Part shown: in pieces, positions 23,671 through 34,969 of the stretch | How positions within the stretch are numbered: position 1 is the stretch's first letter | Layout of the letters: each line of letters begins with the position of its first letter | Assembly: GCA_032718475.1 (NCBI GenBank) | Contig: JAUCBJ010000433.1 | Location: forward strand, 1-44,145 | Source of the DNA: Nemertoderma westbladi | Taxonomy: Eukaryota > Animalia > Xenacoelomorpha | DNA length: 44,145 nucleotides | Direction of reading: 5' to 3' | Notes under the pieces: generated by a model | Seen by the model: the letters and a program-made list of their open reading frames with translations, nothing else | Told to the model about the DNA's origin: nothing | Database searches by the model: none | Position numbers and translations under genes: made by a program

Positions 23671-24472
23671 ATCTGCTATCTGAGTTTATTAATATTAGTA
23701 TGAGTCAATATTTAGGCAAGCGGGCGTCGCTGCCTACTAGTCTTTGACCCCGGACAGTGGGTTTCTCAGCGCCGATGTACCGTTGTCGCGGTGTTTGCGC
23801 CAACATGTAGCAACAGCACGACAACGATAATCGACACAAGTCCCACCACTGTCCGTCCCAAAGGCTTGAATCCACTTGAGGTTATCTCGGTAGAGTTAGG
23901 CTACTTTACAATTGCGATTAGCTACTGTAAACACACTTTAGTAGTATCATTCACCTATAAACGCACAAATTCCATACAATCATTACTTACTGCACACATG
24001 CAAGCCATTTTGTCCGTTAGTCATTGTCTTCCAGAATGTCACGTTATTACTATGTATCCTTGGATACTAATAGTGCGCTATGTATTCTCTTATGCTACGC
24101 AATGGGGCAAGCCTTTATTGTTCCTTTAACTTGCTTCTAATTCCAGCGTGGGTGTTGCCATGGTGACATTATGGAAAACTAGCGGTAGAATTAGGGTAAT
24201 TCTCATGCATACAGATCTGGGATGTTATTTAATAGTAATTCTTTAATTGTCAATATCCTCTTTATGCATGATTTTATAAATTTTATCGGCTATTGACTAT
24301 ATATTGGAGATTCTCGCACTCTAGTACACTCAATATGAATCTCCGCTCCCATGATCTATTAATTACTGAAATTTTGGGAATGTTACAAATTGCACAAAAT
24401 GACAATTTATGAAATTCATTTGAATATGAATTTAAAATTATTCCCTCGAATTTTATTATTTGATGTTAAATT

Positions 24473-24742
24473 GGCACAATTTGATTCCAGAGCAGGTCTG
24501 GGGACATAGGATCCTGAATTCTATGAAATTTGTCTTTTTAAGAGTATCGGTAAGTGCTGCGATATCTTAATTGACTAGAAATTTTAAAGGATCGGAATTT
24601 TGCAGATTTTAATAAATATTAAATTAATATTTTGGATGGGCACCGATTTATTCCAGAACTTGTCTGGGGACGTTAACCACTGATTCTAGAATTTGTCTTT
24701 CAAGTATATCGGTGGGTGCCACGATACCTTAATCGACTAGAA
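24473..24742. repeat. Diverged ~105-bp direct repeat (two copies) in the inter-ORF region of the BEL element
   Basis: ggcac..attccaga..gtctggggac..atttgtcttt..tatcggt..cgata.cttaat.gactagaa at about 24473 and 24639. Confidence 0.7.
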
Positions 24743-25291
24743 TTACAGATGGTCAAAAAGTTTAACAGATTTATTTGCGATTTACGCTACTGTTAGAGGG
24801 ACATCACGCTACTATATGTATTATTTAATATAAGGTAGAAGAGCAATATCGCACGAAGCAATGTCAGTGTGAAGAGGCAAGTCGTTTCCAAGGTCTACCC
24901 AGAGCTTGGTTTAGCCGAGACACGAGGATCTGAACTTTGCATTCCTAATACTCTGCCTACCAATAATACTTAAATATAGTAGTGGCTTTATTGTACTTTA
25001 AGAAGTACTGACATGTCATCTTACTATAGTCTCGCATTTATAATATAATACGGACAGTAAGGAAAGAGAAAAATAATTATTTCTTGCCGTCGCACTAAAT
25101 ATATTATAAGTAATTAAGTACGTAATAAACACTAATATATTGCACTAATTTACTAAATAATCGCTAAAATAACATTCTACTAAATAAAATTAAAGAAAAC
25201 GATTATAATAAAATTACGTAATAATACATACATAAATATAAAATAAAAACAAATATAAAATGATATAGTCACACACCCACTCCATATGTTA

Positions 25292-28200
25292 TTATGTTAT
25301 GGAGTCCCTAGATATTTGTCGGATTAGGGAAGTGGTCGTAGGAAGAGTATCTTGCCTTCCATAGTTTCCGGACAGTTTTTGGTCTCTTTCCAGTAAACAT
25401 AAACGACCAGCTGGGTGATTGGGTTGTCGTGTTACTTTCTCCGCTCCCTTGGCCTGTCTAATCTCAGCCGGGTTAAGGTGGGGAGGCCATTCATCTTCTT
25501 CTTTACTTAGGGAGTCGGGTCCACCTAACCAGCCGGGAGTATCTATCCGTTCTTGAGGAGTCGCTCCTCTGGAAGCGATGTCGGCTAGATTAATCATCTC
25601 GGGGCGATGTCTCCATTGATCTTCATTGGAGTTAATATCGTCATTATCTGAGGAGTATGGTGTTCCCTCAGTTAGTTCGTCCACTTCACTGCTCTCCACT
25701 TCCCAACCATTTATCTGGCATATTCTTTCTGGTGGTAGTCTCTCTTCGAGAGTTCTGCGGGAAGGGCCAGTAAAGTACCAACCTACTCTAGTTCTTACCG
25801 CATAGGTTTGTAGTGGCTGCGGTTGAGCAGGTCGTTTTTCCAATGTCTCGAGCGCCTCGTGCGCGTTTTGGCCGATAAGTATTTGCACTCCAGGATAATC
25901 TGTCTGGAATCGAGGTATCTTAAGATGTTGGATGCTCTCATCCTCGTCCCAATTATAAAGGTCTGCTTGGGTAGTAGCGAAGTTCTTTATAGCCACCATT
26001 TTTACTGACCTTATACTTTGTGCTCCTAATTTATCCTGGGGGGTGGACAACGCACCTACATAGTAATCTGCCGTTATGGTAGATTTCCAAACCTGTATAA
26101 TTCCTGACATATTCAATTTAGTCCGGAACTTGGGTTGTCCAGCAAAGATATCTTCGGCTAGTTCTTGATCGATGAATGTTCCTGTGCTGCCGGAGTCAAG
26201 GAGTGCGTTCACTATGTAACTTTTGTTGGGACCGTGAACTCTTACCTGCACTACAGGAAATTCTCTGATTCCTACATTGGAAGTTGGAGTTTTCCAAGAT
26301 GGTGGTTTGTCAAAAGTAGTTGGGGGAAACTCATTGGTGGTGTCTTTTTCGTACGTAAGTGCTCGATACACTGCGGTATTTATTAGATAACAGGATTCGT
26401 TGGCATCGGAGAATTCGTCCGTATAGAATCCTTCCCACTCAGAACTTTGGTCAGTGTCGTTCACATCACTGAATTGGACATGTGATTTGGGCTCACTTAC
26501 CTGACTCGGGCTGTTTCGTTCGAATTCCGTGTGCAACAAGCTATGATGTTTCGCGCCGCACTTAGCACACCTTGCGTCAGAGTAACAGGTTCGCCGCTGG
26601 TGTCCGCGTCTGAGACAGTTATAACATAACCGCTTATCCCACAGGACTCCACGTCTATCTGCCAGGGATTTCTTTAGGAATTCTACACACGCACTCAAAC
26701 GGTGGGGCCCGTCGCACAGCGCACATTTTGGTTTGATGTTACTCACCTTAACTTGGTTAACGTTCTGCACTCTCGTTCTTTCTTCGGGCTTTCTTCCGTG
26801 AATTGTCTTAGGAGACGTAGGAGGAGTTGTTGTTACCTGTTCTCTCCTGTCACTGGTTCGAGACTTGTATTTACTTACGTCTTTATAGGTCTTGTTGTCA
26901 TAGTAAGATCGTTCGGTGTCTTTCCCGCTGTCCTCTTCTTGAGAAGCTTGGCTTTCGCCGTCGTCAGTGTAGCACACTGGTATTATCCTTCTCCTAGAAA
27001 CGGGTTTCTCACTTACCTTATTTTCCGATGTTTTCTCTCTGGACTGCCTTATGAGTTGTAATTTTACTTCACTATCTAAGAAAGACATGAGATCAGCCAT
27101 GGTAGGACTTCGTCGTTGTTGTTCATTCATGTACAACACTTTCTTGTCCCAGCGTGTACATACTCCACCCTTTGGTAAAGTAGAGACTACGGCTCCAATA
27201 ACCATGGAACTCTGATATTCATGCGACTTACCTAACCAGTCCAGTTGTCTACAGATCTCTTGAATTTCATCGGAAAACTCTATAATCCCGCTACTAAGGA
27301 AGTGTCGGGGGGCTACTAATTTTGCATACAAATACTTAGCTATGTTATCCTTGTTACCATACCTGATGTTTAGTGTATCCCAAACTTGTCTTAATCCATC
27401 TGGATGTCCAATAAACTTTAACGCCATTAACTTGGGAGGTCCTTCCAAGCACTTGATGAGGAATCTAAGTTTCTCTCCGTTAGATAGTACAGAGTTCTGT
27501 ATGCTATCTTTGTAATATTCGTTGAAAGGTAACCATTTCATCTCATCTCCATTGAATTTGACGATCTCTCCCACTTTGACCGCTTGGCGGGCTTCTGTTC
27601 TAGCCATCTGACGCGTAAAGCTTTCTTGGACCATCGTGTTATTTAATATCGAATTATCGGTATATAAATTTCTCGGATCATTATCAGGTCTATAGGGAAT
27701 ATCATTAATAACAGGTCTATAATCACCCTTAATAGGGTTTGCTATAGGAGTTTCAACTTCACTAGCAGTATAGATGCGTGTAGGCTCCACACCTTGCGCA
27801 TGTAATATTTCAGACCTAACGGGTTGACACAATGTTACAGGGGGTATTGGTATGCCTTTTTGTATATTGACTAATTTGTCGCGTTCTAGCGCGATACTTT
27901 GCTGCACTTCTTGCAACTCTGCTCTACCTTCCCTCACTGTTCCCTTAAGTTGGTGGACAGTCTCCTGCATCTGTCCTAGCAGGAGATTCATCCCCCGCCG
28001 TCCCTCTTCCACCCACTCAACCGCCGAAGCGGGAGTCGCCAACATAGTAGCGGGCTGACGCGGGACGACGGGAGACAAATTATTGATTTCTCTCTCTGCT
28101 ATCTGGACAGGGGTATTTGCATGGACTGTTCCACCGGGTACAGGCAGTGTAGTACTATGTAAAGGGAATTTAGAGTTAAGCTCTGGAAGTACAGGGGTCT

Positions 28201-29365
28201 CTAACACAGAAGTGACTTTGGGAACGACAGGCCTAATTATCTCAGGCTCATCAACTATTGTAGAGAGTCTTTGGACCTTAATACTTTGGGCTGTAGGTTC
28301 TATACTACTCAAGTCTGTGCTAGCTAGCTGTCTTCTAACAGCTGGGGGCAAATCAGGCAATTTGCGACGGTAATATGTTTTTCTACGCCTACTTAGATGA
28401 GATCTATTTCCTCCGCCTTCAGGATCGGTAGTATCGCCTTCCTCCGAGGATGTGTATCCCTGACGTCTGGGAGTAGATTTTCTCATCATCTGCATTTGAT
28501 TAGCAGTAAACTGTTTATTTATACTGTCTTGTGTCTCTTGCAGATTTTCCAACTCTAATCGAATAGTCTCCTCAGAAGCTCTCCGCTGTGCTTCTGCCAC
28601 CTTTGCCTTTCTTTCGGCTTCTGCTTCCGCTGCTTCTGCTGCTGCTACCCTTCTTGTCTCTATCAGTTCTTTCTTTACTTGTTCTTCTCGGACTCTAGTG
28701 AGGCGGAGTTTTTCATCACATTCAGCTTGGTTTGCAGCTAACATTTCGGCATCGAGTGCGTCCAACACAAGCTTGGTTCCTTCACTATTAGGGCGAAGTC
28801 CAGACAGTCGTCTCCTCAACTCTTCGTCTCCTATGAATCGCTGATAGTCTGACAGATAGATGTCAATGGCATCTCTAGTTCGCGGCTTCTCTGCTGCTGT
28901 TAATTCGCTTTCCACTTCGCTTTCCACTTCGCTTTCCACTTCGCTTTCCACTTGAGGAGAAGCAGCGTCGGTTGATTCTTCAAAGGTTGGTCGCTCATCA
29001 TAAACCGTATCCGCCATCTTCGCTCCGTGTTCGGGTCTCCGCTCAGCAGTATCCGAACTACTGGAGCCATCGGGCCGCTGAGAACTAGGTTCTGGGCTAG
29101 GAGGTTGCTGCTGTTTGATAGCTGCTTCTTGATCCCGCTTGACTTGGGCCCGAGTTCCGATGATAGACCTACGGTGTTCTACTAGTCTAGGGTCTGACAC
29201 TACTACGGTAGGGATGGCCTTTCTTACAGCAGGAGGTGACTTAGACTTGGATCTAGGATGTTCTATACTGGGATCTGGGTCACTGATCTTTTTAAGACAC
29301 TGTCTAACAGTCATTCTAACACTTTCCAAAAGACTATCCGACAGTGATTGGGTTGTGTCCGACAT
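25292..29365 (-). CDS. gag-pol: BEL/Pao Gag-aspartic protease polyprotein with in-frame RNase H and integrase C-terminal remnants, 1357 aa
   Basis: DUF1759-like region (FNGDEMKWLPF...EKLRFLIKCLEG...LNIRYG); CALCDGPHRLSAC, CYNCLRRGHQRRTC, CAKCGAKHHSLLH; ALLDSGS; AVRTRVGW; WRH...NLADIASRG...WLGGP...WP; PAGRLCLLE; no YVDD-type RT motif or DDE integrase core. Confidence 0.9.
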   Translation of the reverse strand: MSDTTQSLSDSLLESVRMTVRQCLKKISDPDPSIEHPRSKSKSPPAVRKAIPTVVVSDPRLVEHRRSIIGTRAQVKRDQEAAIKQQQPPSPEPSSQRPDGSSSSDTAERRPEHGAKMADTVYDERPTFEESTDAASPQVESEVESEVESEVESELTAAEKPRTRDAIDIYLSDYQRFIGDEELRRRLSGLRPNSEGTKLVLDALDAEMLAANQAECDEKLRLTRVREEQVKKELIETRRVAAAEAAEAEAERKAKVAEAQRRASEETIRLELENLQETQDSINKQFTANQMQMMRKSTPRRQGYTSSEEGDTTDPEGGGNRSHLSRRRKTYYRRKLPDLPPAVRRQLASTDLSSIEPTAQSIKVQRLSTIVDEPEIIRPVVPKVTSVLETPVLPELNSKFPLHSTTLPVPGGTVHANTPVQIAEREINNLSPVVPRQPATMLATPASAVEWVEEGRRGMNLLLGQMQETVHQLKGTVREGRAELQEVQQSIALERDKLVNIQKGIPIPPVTLCQPVRSEILHAQGVEPTRIYTASEVETPIANPIKGDYRPVINDIPYRPDNDPRNLYTDNSILNNTMVQESFTRQMARTEARQAVKVGEIVKFNGDEMKWLPFNEYYKDSIQNSVLSNGEKLRFLIKCLEGPPKLMALKFIGHPDGLRQVWDTLNIRYGNKDNIAKYLYAKLVAPRHFLSSGIIEFSDEIQEICRQLDWLGKSHEYQSSMVIGAVVSTLPKGGVCTRWDKKVLYMNEQQRRSPTMADLMSFLDSEVKLQLIRQSREKTSENKVSEKPVSRRRIIPVCYTDDGESQASQEEDSGKDTERSYYDNKTYKDVSKYKSRTSDRREQVTTTPPTSPKTIHGRKPEERTRVQNVNQVKVSNIKPKCALCDGPHRLSACVEFLKKSLADRRGVLWDKRLCYNCLRRGHQRRTCYSDARCAKCGAKHHSLLHTEFERNSPSQVSEPKSHVQFSDVNDTDQSSEWEGFYTDEFSDANESCYLINTAVYRALTYEKDTTNEFPPTTFDKPPSWKTPTSNVGIREFPVVQVRVHGPNKSYIVNALLDSGSTGTFIDQELAEDIFAGQPKFRTKLNMSGIIQVWKSTITADYYVGALSTPQDKLGAQSIRSVKMVAIKNFATTQADLYNWDEDESIQHLKIPRFQTDYPGVQILIGQNAHEALETLEKRPAQPQPLQTYAVRTRVGWYFTGPSRRTLEERLPPERICQINGWEVESSEVDELTEGTPYSSDNDDINSNEDQWRHRPEMINLADIASRGATPQERIDTPGWLGGPDSLSKEEDEWPPHLNPAEIRQAKGAEKVTRQPNHPAGRLCLLERDQKLSGNYGRQDTLPTTTSLIRQISRDSIT

Positions 29366-30742
29366 GTTTGTTTACACAGTTGAATGCCTACGGCTATAAA
29401 TACAGTTAAAGCAAGTCTAGTAATTCAGTATCACTGCTAGCCTAATAATTAATTACCGATACTGCTACTTAATATAGCGGGATATATATATATTATATCA
29501 GAATACCGGTATGCTTATAGTATATATAAGTATTATTACAGACTAGATTTGCCACAGAGTACCGGTGTATAAATTTAGCACAAATATATATATAAATATA
29601 TAAATATATAATAGGCCTATCGTGGATACCGGTATACAGCTTACACTTATAATATATATAAAGTATAACTATGAACCAAAATTAATTACAGAATACCGGT
29701 ATGATTTCAGCTCAAATTTATAGAAATAAATATTATAAGCCTATGGTAAATACCGGTATGTCAATTATTTTAAAATAATTGAATTTCTGAATATTTTAGG
29801 GTTACTTGGTTACTTTAACTTACTTTATTACCGTTATTTAAGCAGTAGTCCAACTGATATTGAGACCTAGTTGTTGTATGGCAGGCCTACTATTTATAAA
29901 TCGTTTGAGTTGATTTATAATATTTATATACCCGTTTAAAATGGGTTTTTGTCAATATTTGAAATAAATGTTATTATTTCTGGGGGAGTCACTACACAGA
30001 AGCTGAACGCCTCTCAGTGAAGTGCTATTTATTTGACACTAAAACTGATAATTCTAATTTACCTAAGTTACTTAATACTACAAATTACTTACGATACGGG
30101 TGAGATTAATTCTCTAATTAAACACAACAAAATATTACGTACGAAATTTTTAGGGTAATTTTACAGGAAGTCTACCAACCAGCCTAACAAAGGGTTAGAA
30201 TTCTGGTTCTTACAACGGACAGGGTACTACGGTATTTGAAATAATAAGTAGTAGTAAATATATTGTACTGTCCAGATAGGAAAATACCCCCGCCTGACGA
30301 CCTATAACCGTATCGCTATAGGTACTACGTTATGTATCACGGATTGTTCCTACCCAGAAGCTAATAGAGCTAACGAATGTGCCTATCAACCACTTTACAA
30401 CACAAATATACTGCCTACACTAATTACTTCGGAAAGCACTGTACACTAAACCCTAAATTAGGTACAAGTACCGGTATAACAAATAATCAGTAGTTAAATA
30501 TACTTGAACAGTTAAAAGAACCACGGCATCTGCTGGAGTGACCGAAGCACAAAGTCGTCAGTCTTTACCTACGCCAAGCAGCCCTGATGTAGTACCGGGG
30601 TTAGTTTAACTATAACGGTATGTATAACAAGCACAATTACTGTAGGAATAAACTTGGGGACATGAATGTTGCGAATAATCGCATAAACTCTGAATAATAA
30701 ATATTACGCTACCCGTACAGAATACTCAAACAAATACAAACC

Positions 30743-31257
30743 AAACGCTGGCAGACTACTATCAAGCCTAAAAAAACTACAGTATGTGCAGATTCTGAAA
30801 CTGTTAGTTAGTATGCGTTCTAACACGGTAGTACGACTTACTCTTTAAGAGGGGATTGACCTTACAGCATATGGCTGCCCCAACTTACTAACGGCACTTG
30901 ATCAGACCAACTCTACACACGCAGCAATCCCTTCAGACCCAAAAATAGCCAGACAACAATCCAGCCTACAAATATTTGAGTAATAACTATTACGGTACCT
31001 GAACAGACCACACAAACAAACACAGGCTAAAACACTGGCAGACTACGATCAAGCCTAAATAAACTACAGTATATGCAGATTCTGAAACTGTTAGTTAGTA
31101 TGCGTTCTAACACGGTAGTACGACTTATTCTTTAAGAGGGGATTGACCTTCAGCATATGGCTGCCCCAACTTACTAACGGCACTTTATCAGACCAACTCT
31201 ACACACACCGCAATCTCTCCAAACTCAACAACAGTCAGACAGCAGCTCAGCCTACAA
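30743..31257. repeat. Direct repeat of ~230 bp (period 287) in the 5' leader of the BEL element
   Basis: aaac(g/a)ctggcagactac.atcaagccta...cagcctacaa at 30743 and 31030. Confidence 0.9.
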
Positions 31258-32523
31258 TTATCTGAACAATCTGAGCAGGGTCACACGCCTTCTGCTCAAT
31301 ATTAGCCTACTAGTAAATAAAACCGACAGAAATAAGTAAACTATACAAAAGAATGAGGGGTGATCAATCCCTATTCCCCTGGCAGCCTACAATATACAAT
31401 AGATCACAATCGAAATAATACTAAATGTACTTGTACAGCAGTACCGGTACCGGTGATGACAGTTAGGCCTACTGACCTACAGAAGTACCGGTTCAGTTTT
31501 ACCGGTCACTACGGTATTTTGCAACCTTATTGCCTACTGCAATAAGATTTTAACTGTTACTGTTCGACAGAACAGTATTAAACTGTATTTAATGCCTACA
31601 CTTGCAACCTTATTGCCTACTGCAATAAGATTATAACTGTTACTGTTCGCGCTTTTGAAGACCTTTAGCAGTTTAACCTGCCAAAATTTATATGTCTTTT
31701 AGTTAATTAACACACCTTTAGCATACGACAATATTTTATGCTAATAAACAAAACATTAGCCGAAGCCAGCCCATGCGCGATCATTCACCCGATGGATCTA
31801 CACCCGGGAGGCTGAATTCGGATGCTTAGATTTTATTATTGCAGTGTAAGGTTGCAGTGTAAGCCTACTGTATTATTCGATTGATCGCTAATATGTAATT
31901 TCTGACAGATATTATTAACTTTCGGGAAATATTAACAGTTCCTTTAGGACGTGGCGCTCTATCTATTTAAACAGAGCTAGGACTTATACTAAACGCAACG
32001 ATAAGGCTTATGATTAAAGTATAAGTCGCATTCTTTAGGAAATGCTTTGTTACCAGTCACATCACACTCACAATCATGCACACTATTCTGCCGACCGTCA
32101 GTATATTTGATCACACATAAAGAGAACAGCAATTGACTCAGGTAGTGTCTACTAAATAACATTAGATTCAATACACACCACATTGATATAAATCGCAATT
32201 GTTATATATAGCCCGCCTCTCTAACCTGTAGTGTATCAAGAAAATTGGGAATTTTGGGTGATTTATCCGTATTCTCCAAAGAGCAATATTTCCATCAACA
32301 AATAGATACAATTAATAACTGACGGTAAATAGCAGTACAAACAATATGATTAGTGCAGTTAAATTAAGTGAGGTAACACCGCCGCCGGTAACAGTTATAC
32401 TTTCTATAATCTAAGCAGTTTACTAGAGTTCTTACCAAAAAGCCGGTGTTTCTGGCTTAGACAGCAATAACAACAAAGTATCAAGTAAAAGCAGTAAGAC
32501 TGAACACTCTCCTTATGATCGGC

Positions 32524-32862
32524 TGAAAAGCTACACGTCGACAGGAAAAATCGCTCTGATTGGCTCAAGCCAAACAAAGAACTATGCGTCCAATGGCTGT
32601 TTCCATGTCAGCAACCAGCTGTTAGATGTCGTAATATGAATCATCACGGCTAAGCTGTGAAAGGTAGTTGGTGCATTACAGGTTTTTTGCCTTACCATGT
32701 CCGCCAAAACACGTATATAGCAGAATGACTTTTATGTCCGTTAAAACACCTGTAACGGTACCTTGCGGGCGAGGGGAATATATATACAGTTAGAGAACCT
32801 TTTTAGAGTATTCCAGCGCCTGGGGGGAAACTGGATTGCGAAGCAAAAGGGGCCAGTTATAT
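32524..32862 (-). repeat. 5' LTR (outer end truncated; inner boundary inferred)
   Basis: Matches the 3' LTR over 32540-32862; minus strand continues to AGCTTTTCA, an imperfect inverted repeat of TGTAAAAGCT. Confidence 0.8.
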
Positions 32863-32899
32863 GTATAGTAATAGTATAGTAATAATATAGTAATGTTAT

Positions 32900-33238
32900 A
32901 TTTTGTGCCAAACAAAAGTGCCATGTACCACATGCAAAAGTGTGGCACTTCTGTGCTACTATAGAATTTGAAACCATATGGTAAAGCTTCAGCACCCTGT
33001 TAAACCTTGTAGAAACGAAATCTGTACTATTCTTTCTGTGTTTATTGTGTTTGCCAAATATGCAAATTTTGGCACGTGCCAGAAATGGCACAAAGGCACC
33101 CTTTGAGAATTTGAGACCCGTCCCAGAAGATTCGCCGCTATCGAAAACCCGTATTGGTCAAAAATACTTCCCAAACTATGAATATTTTTCGAAATAATGA
33201 ATTTTGGCCACAAAACAGGGTTTCTGTATCCGCCACTG
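32900..33238. mobile_element. Truncated DNA-transposon fragment with a hAT-like terminus
   Basis: Ends in ctgtatccgccactg (CAGTGGCGGATACAG on minus); internal gtgcca/tggcac repeats; partner terminus not found. Confidence 0.45.
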
Positions 33239-33563
33239 CTTACGACTCGGTTAATAGAAGGAAATTGTTCTTAAAGCTATCCAAACAGGGCTTAAACCGG
33301 GCGTGACGGGTCACAGTTCCTCTGAAACGGATCTCACCACAAGTTCTGTCGAGAGAGGAAATGCTGGAAGGCGTCCCTTTACTGTCTTTGTATAATCTGT
33401 CAATCTGCAGAACCTGACCACAGCATACACTGCACAGTGCACAGGCCTCCCCAAGCAATCCAATCACAACCCATTTTTAATAGGAACTTTCATCTACCTT
33501 TAAACTTTTTTTTAATCATTTGTATTTTACATTATAAGTCAAAATATTAATATTTCATTTTTA

Positions 33564-33596
<33 letters not shown>

Positions 33597-33711
33597 CTGT
33601 ATACCGAAATTTCATACCATATCTATATGGTAATAAACGACTCTGATTCAATATTAAAAATTAGTAATAATAAATTATGTCATAAAATATTAAAATGACA
33701 TAAAAACAACG

Positions 33712-34968
33712 CAATTAAACGCAATGAAACTTATGACAACATCAATGTCATTGACTCCTAGAGTATCAATTTATAACTTACAATTTATAGATATATGAAT
33801 ATAATTGATGGTATAAATACTAATTCTAGAATTCGTTGATATTATCCAATTGAACGAATGAAAAAAATTAAAAATTAATATTCTCTAAAAATTATTCTGA
33901 AATATACAATTAAATAAGAATTAAGTAAGCAGGACCAAACAGTATATTAATTTCTACAATTTCTTTCAAATAGCCCATACGGGATTTACTCAATCTGCTT
34001 ATGTAGATTGGAATCATGTAATTTTTAGGTTTTCCCTCTTGACTCTCGATGACCACTGACTGACAGGTGTTTTATAAGAATTGGACTTATCGATATCAAT
34101 TATGGATATAGTTTTATTGGATAAGTCCCAGGAGATGTGAGACGGACAACCTAGTTTCGGGTCAAATAAACAAAAAAGATGGTGGGATTTACAATATTTT
34201 ATTATATTAATTATTATTTAATCCGTTGTTTCTGTTGACTATCTAAATCACATTAAATAATCTTTTTAGATCCATAAAGATATAACAGTCCGACGAAAGC
34301 TACATTATTGCCATAGTAAATCACATATCAGTATACAATAGTTTACCGCGAAATATTGAAAATCAACATCACAAAAAAATAAAGAATAATTCCATTAGTT
34401 TCCGTAACAGTCCGGGTTGTTCCTGAGAATGCGAATGAATTACATTGGTCGTCCCGGCAACACGCCAAACACTCGTATCCAATAGCGTTTCCGTTCTTGT
34501 CGAAGGTCTCATAGCAACGAGTGACGTCAACAGTTCCCTTGTGCACAACGTAATGGTCAGTACAGATACCGCCGCACTGTCTGTAGTAGACGACACAGTC
34601 AGTTTCAATTAATTATTGTGATCTTCTGATTAACTCGATTCAACATATTGTTTTTTATATAATTTTTTTATTCCAAAATTGTAACATTACTCAACGCCGT
34701 TAACAGCGAGTTGTTACTTTACAACATTTTAAGTACATTACAGCATTGTATTGGCCTGCACATTTAGTATTGTATTTGGTCTTATTGTTTACGTGGTAAC
34801 CATTGACGGCGTTAAGTAATGTCCACTAAGGGTACATTACTTAACGCCTCCATGGGTAACCAGGTAAACATTAGGTGGAAATTTGCCTGACAGCCAGATA
34901 TGCCTACTGCATTACCTACCAGTAGGCGGGGTATAGCTATTAATAACCAGAAGGGCCTAGCTATATTA
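33712..34968. repeat. Segmental duplication copy 2
   Basis: Aligns with 14834-15737 and 17790-18165. Confidence 0.93.
34343..34596 (-). CDS. Terminal exon of a Ly6/uPAR GPI-anchored protein, copy 2; may be a 5'-truncated pseudo-exon
   Basis: 8 substitutions and no indels relative to copy 1 over 254 bp; CCRDDQCN and hydrophobic tail retained. Confidence 0.7.
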
Positions 34969-34969
34969 A

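Larger units (their letters stand above)
21802..32862 (-). mobile_element. Non-autonomous BEL/Pao LTR retrotransposon derivative (Gag-protease intact, RT/RNase H/integrase deleted, extra 3' ORF)
   Basis: 323-bp direct repeats at both ends (1 mismatch seen); BEL-type Gag, three zinc knuckles, aspartic protease; PPT-like tract next to the 3' LTR. Confidence 0.9.

Noticed and set aside
25292-29365. Domesticated host Gag gene (Arc/PEG10-like)
   Set aside because: It is still flanked by near-identical LTRs, which indicates a young mobile copy; co-option cannot be shown from this window.
26165-29399. Short plus-strand ORFs antisense to Gag, and other ORFs under 120 aa across the window
   Set aside because: Shadow or chance ORFs with no recognisable motifs.
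21802-32862. DIRS/Ngaro-type tyrosine-recombinase element, considered because of the missing TG..CA ends and TSD
   Set aside because: No split direct repeats, internal complementary region or recombinase ORF; all protein motifs are BEL/Pao-type.
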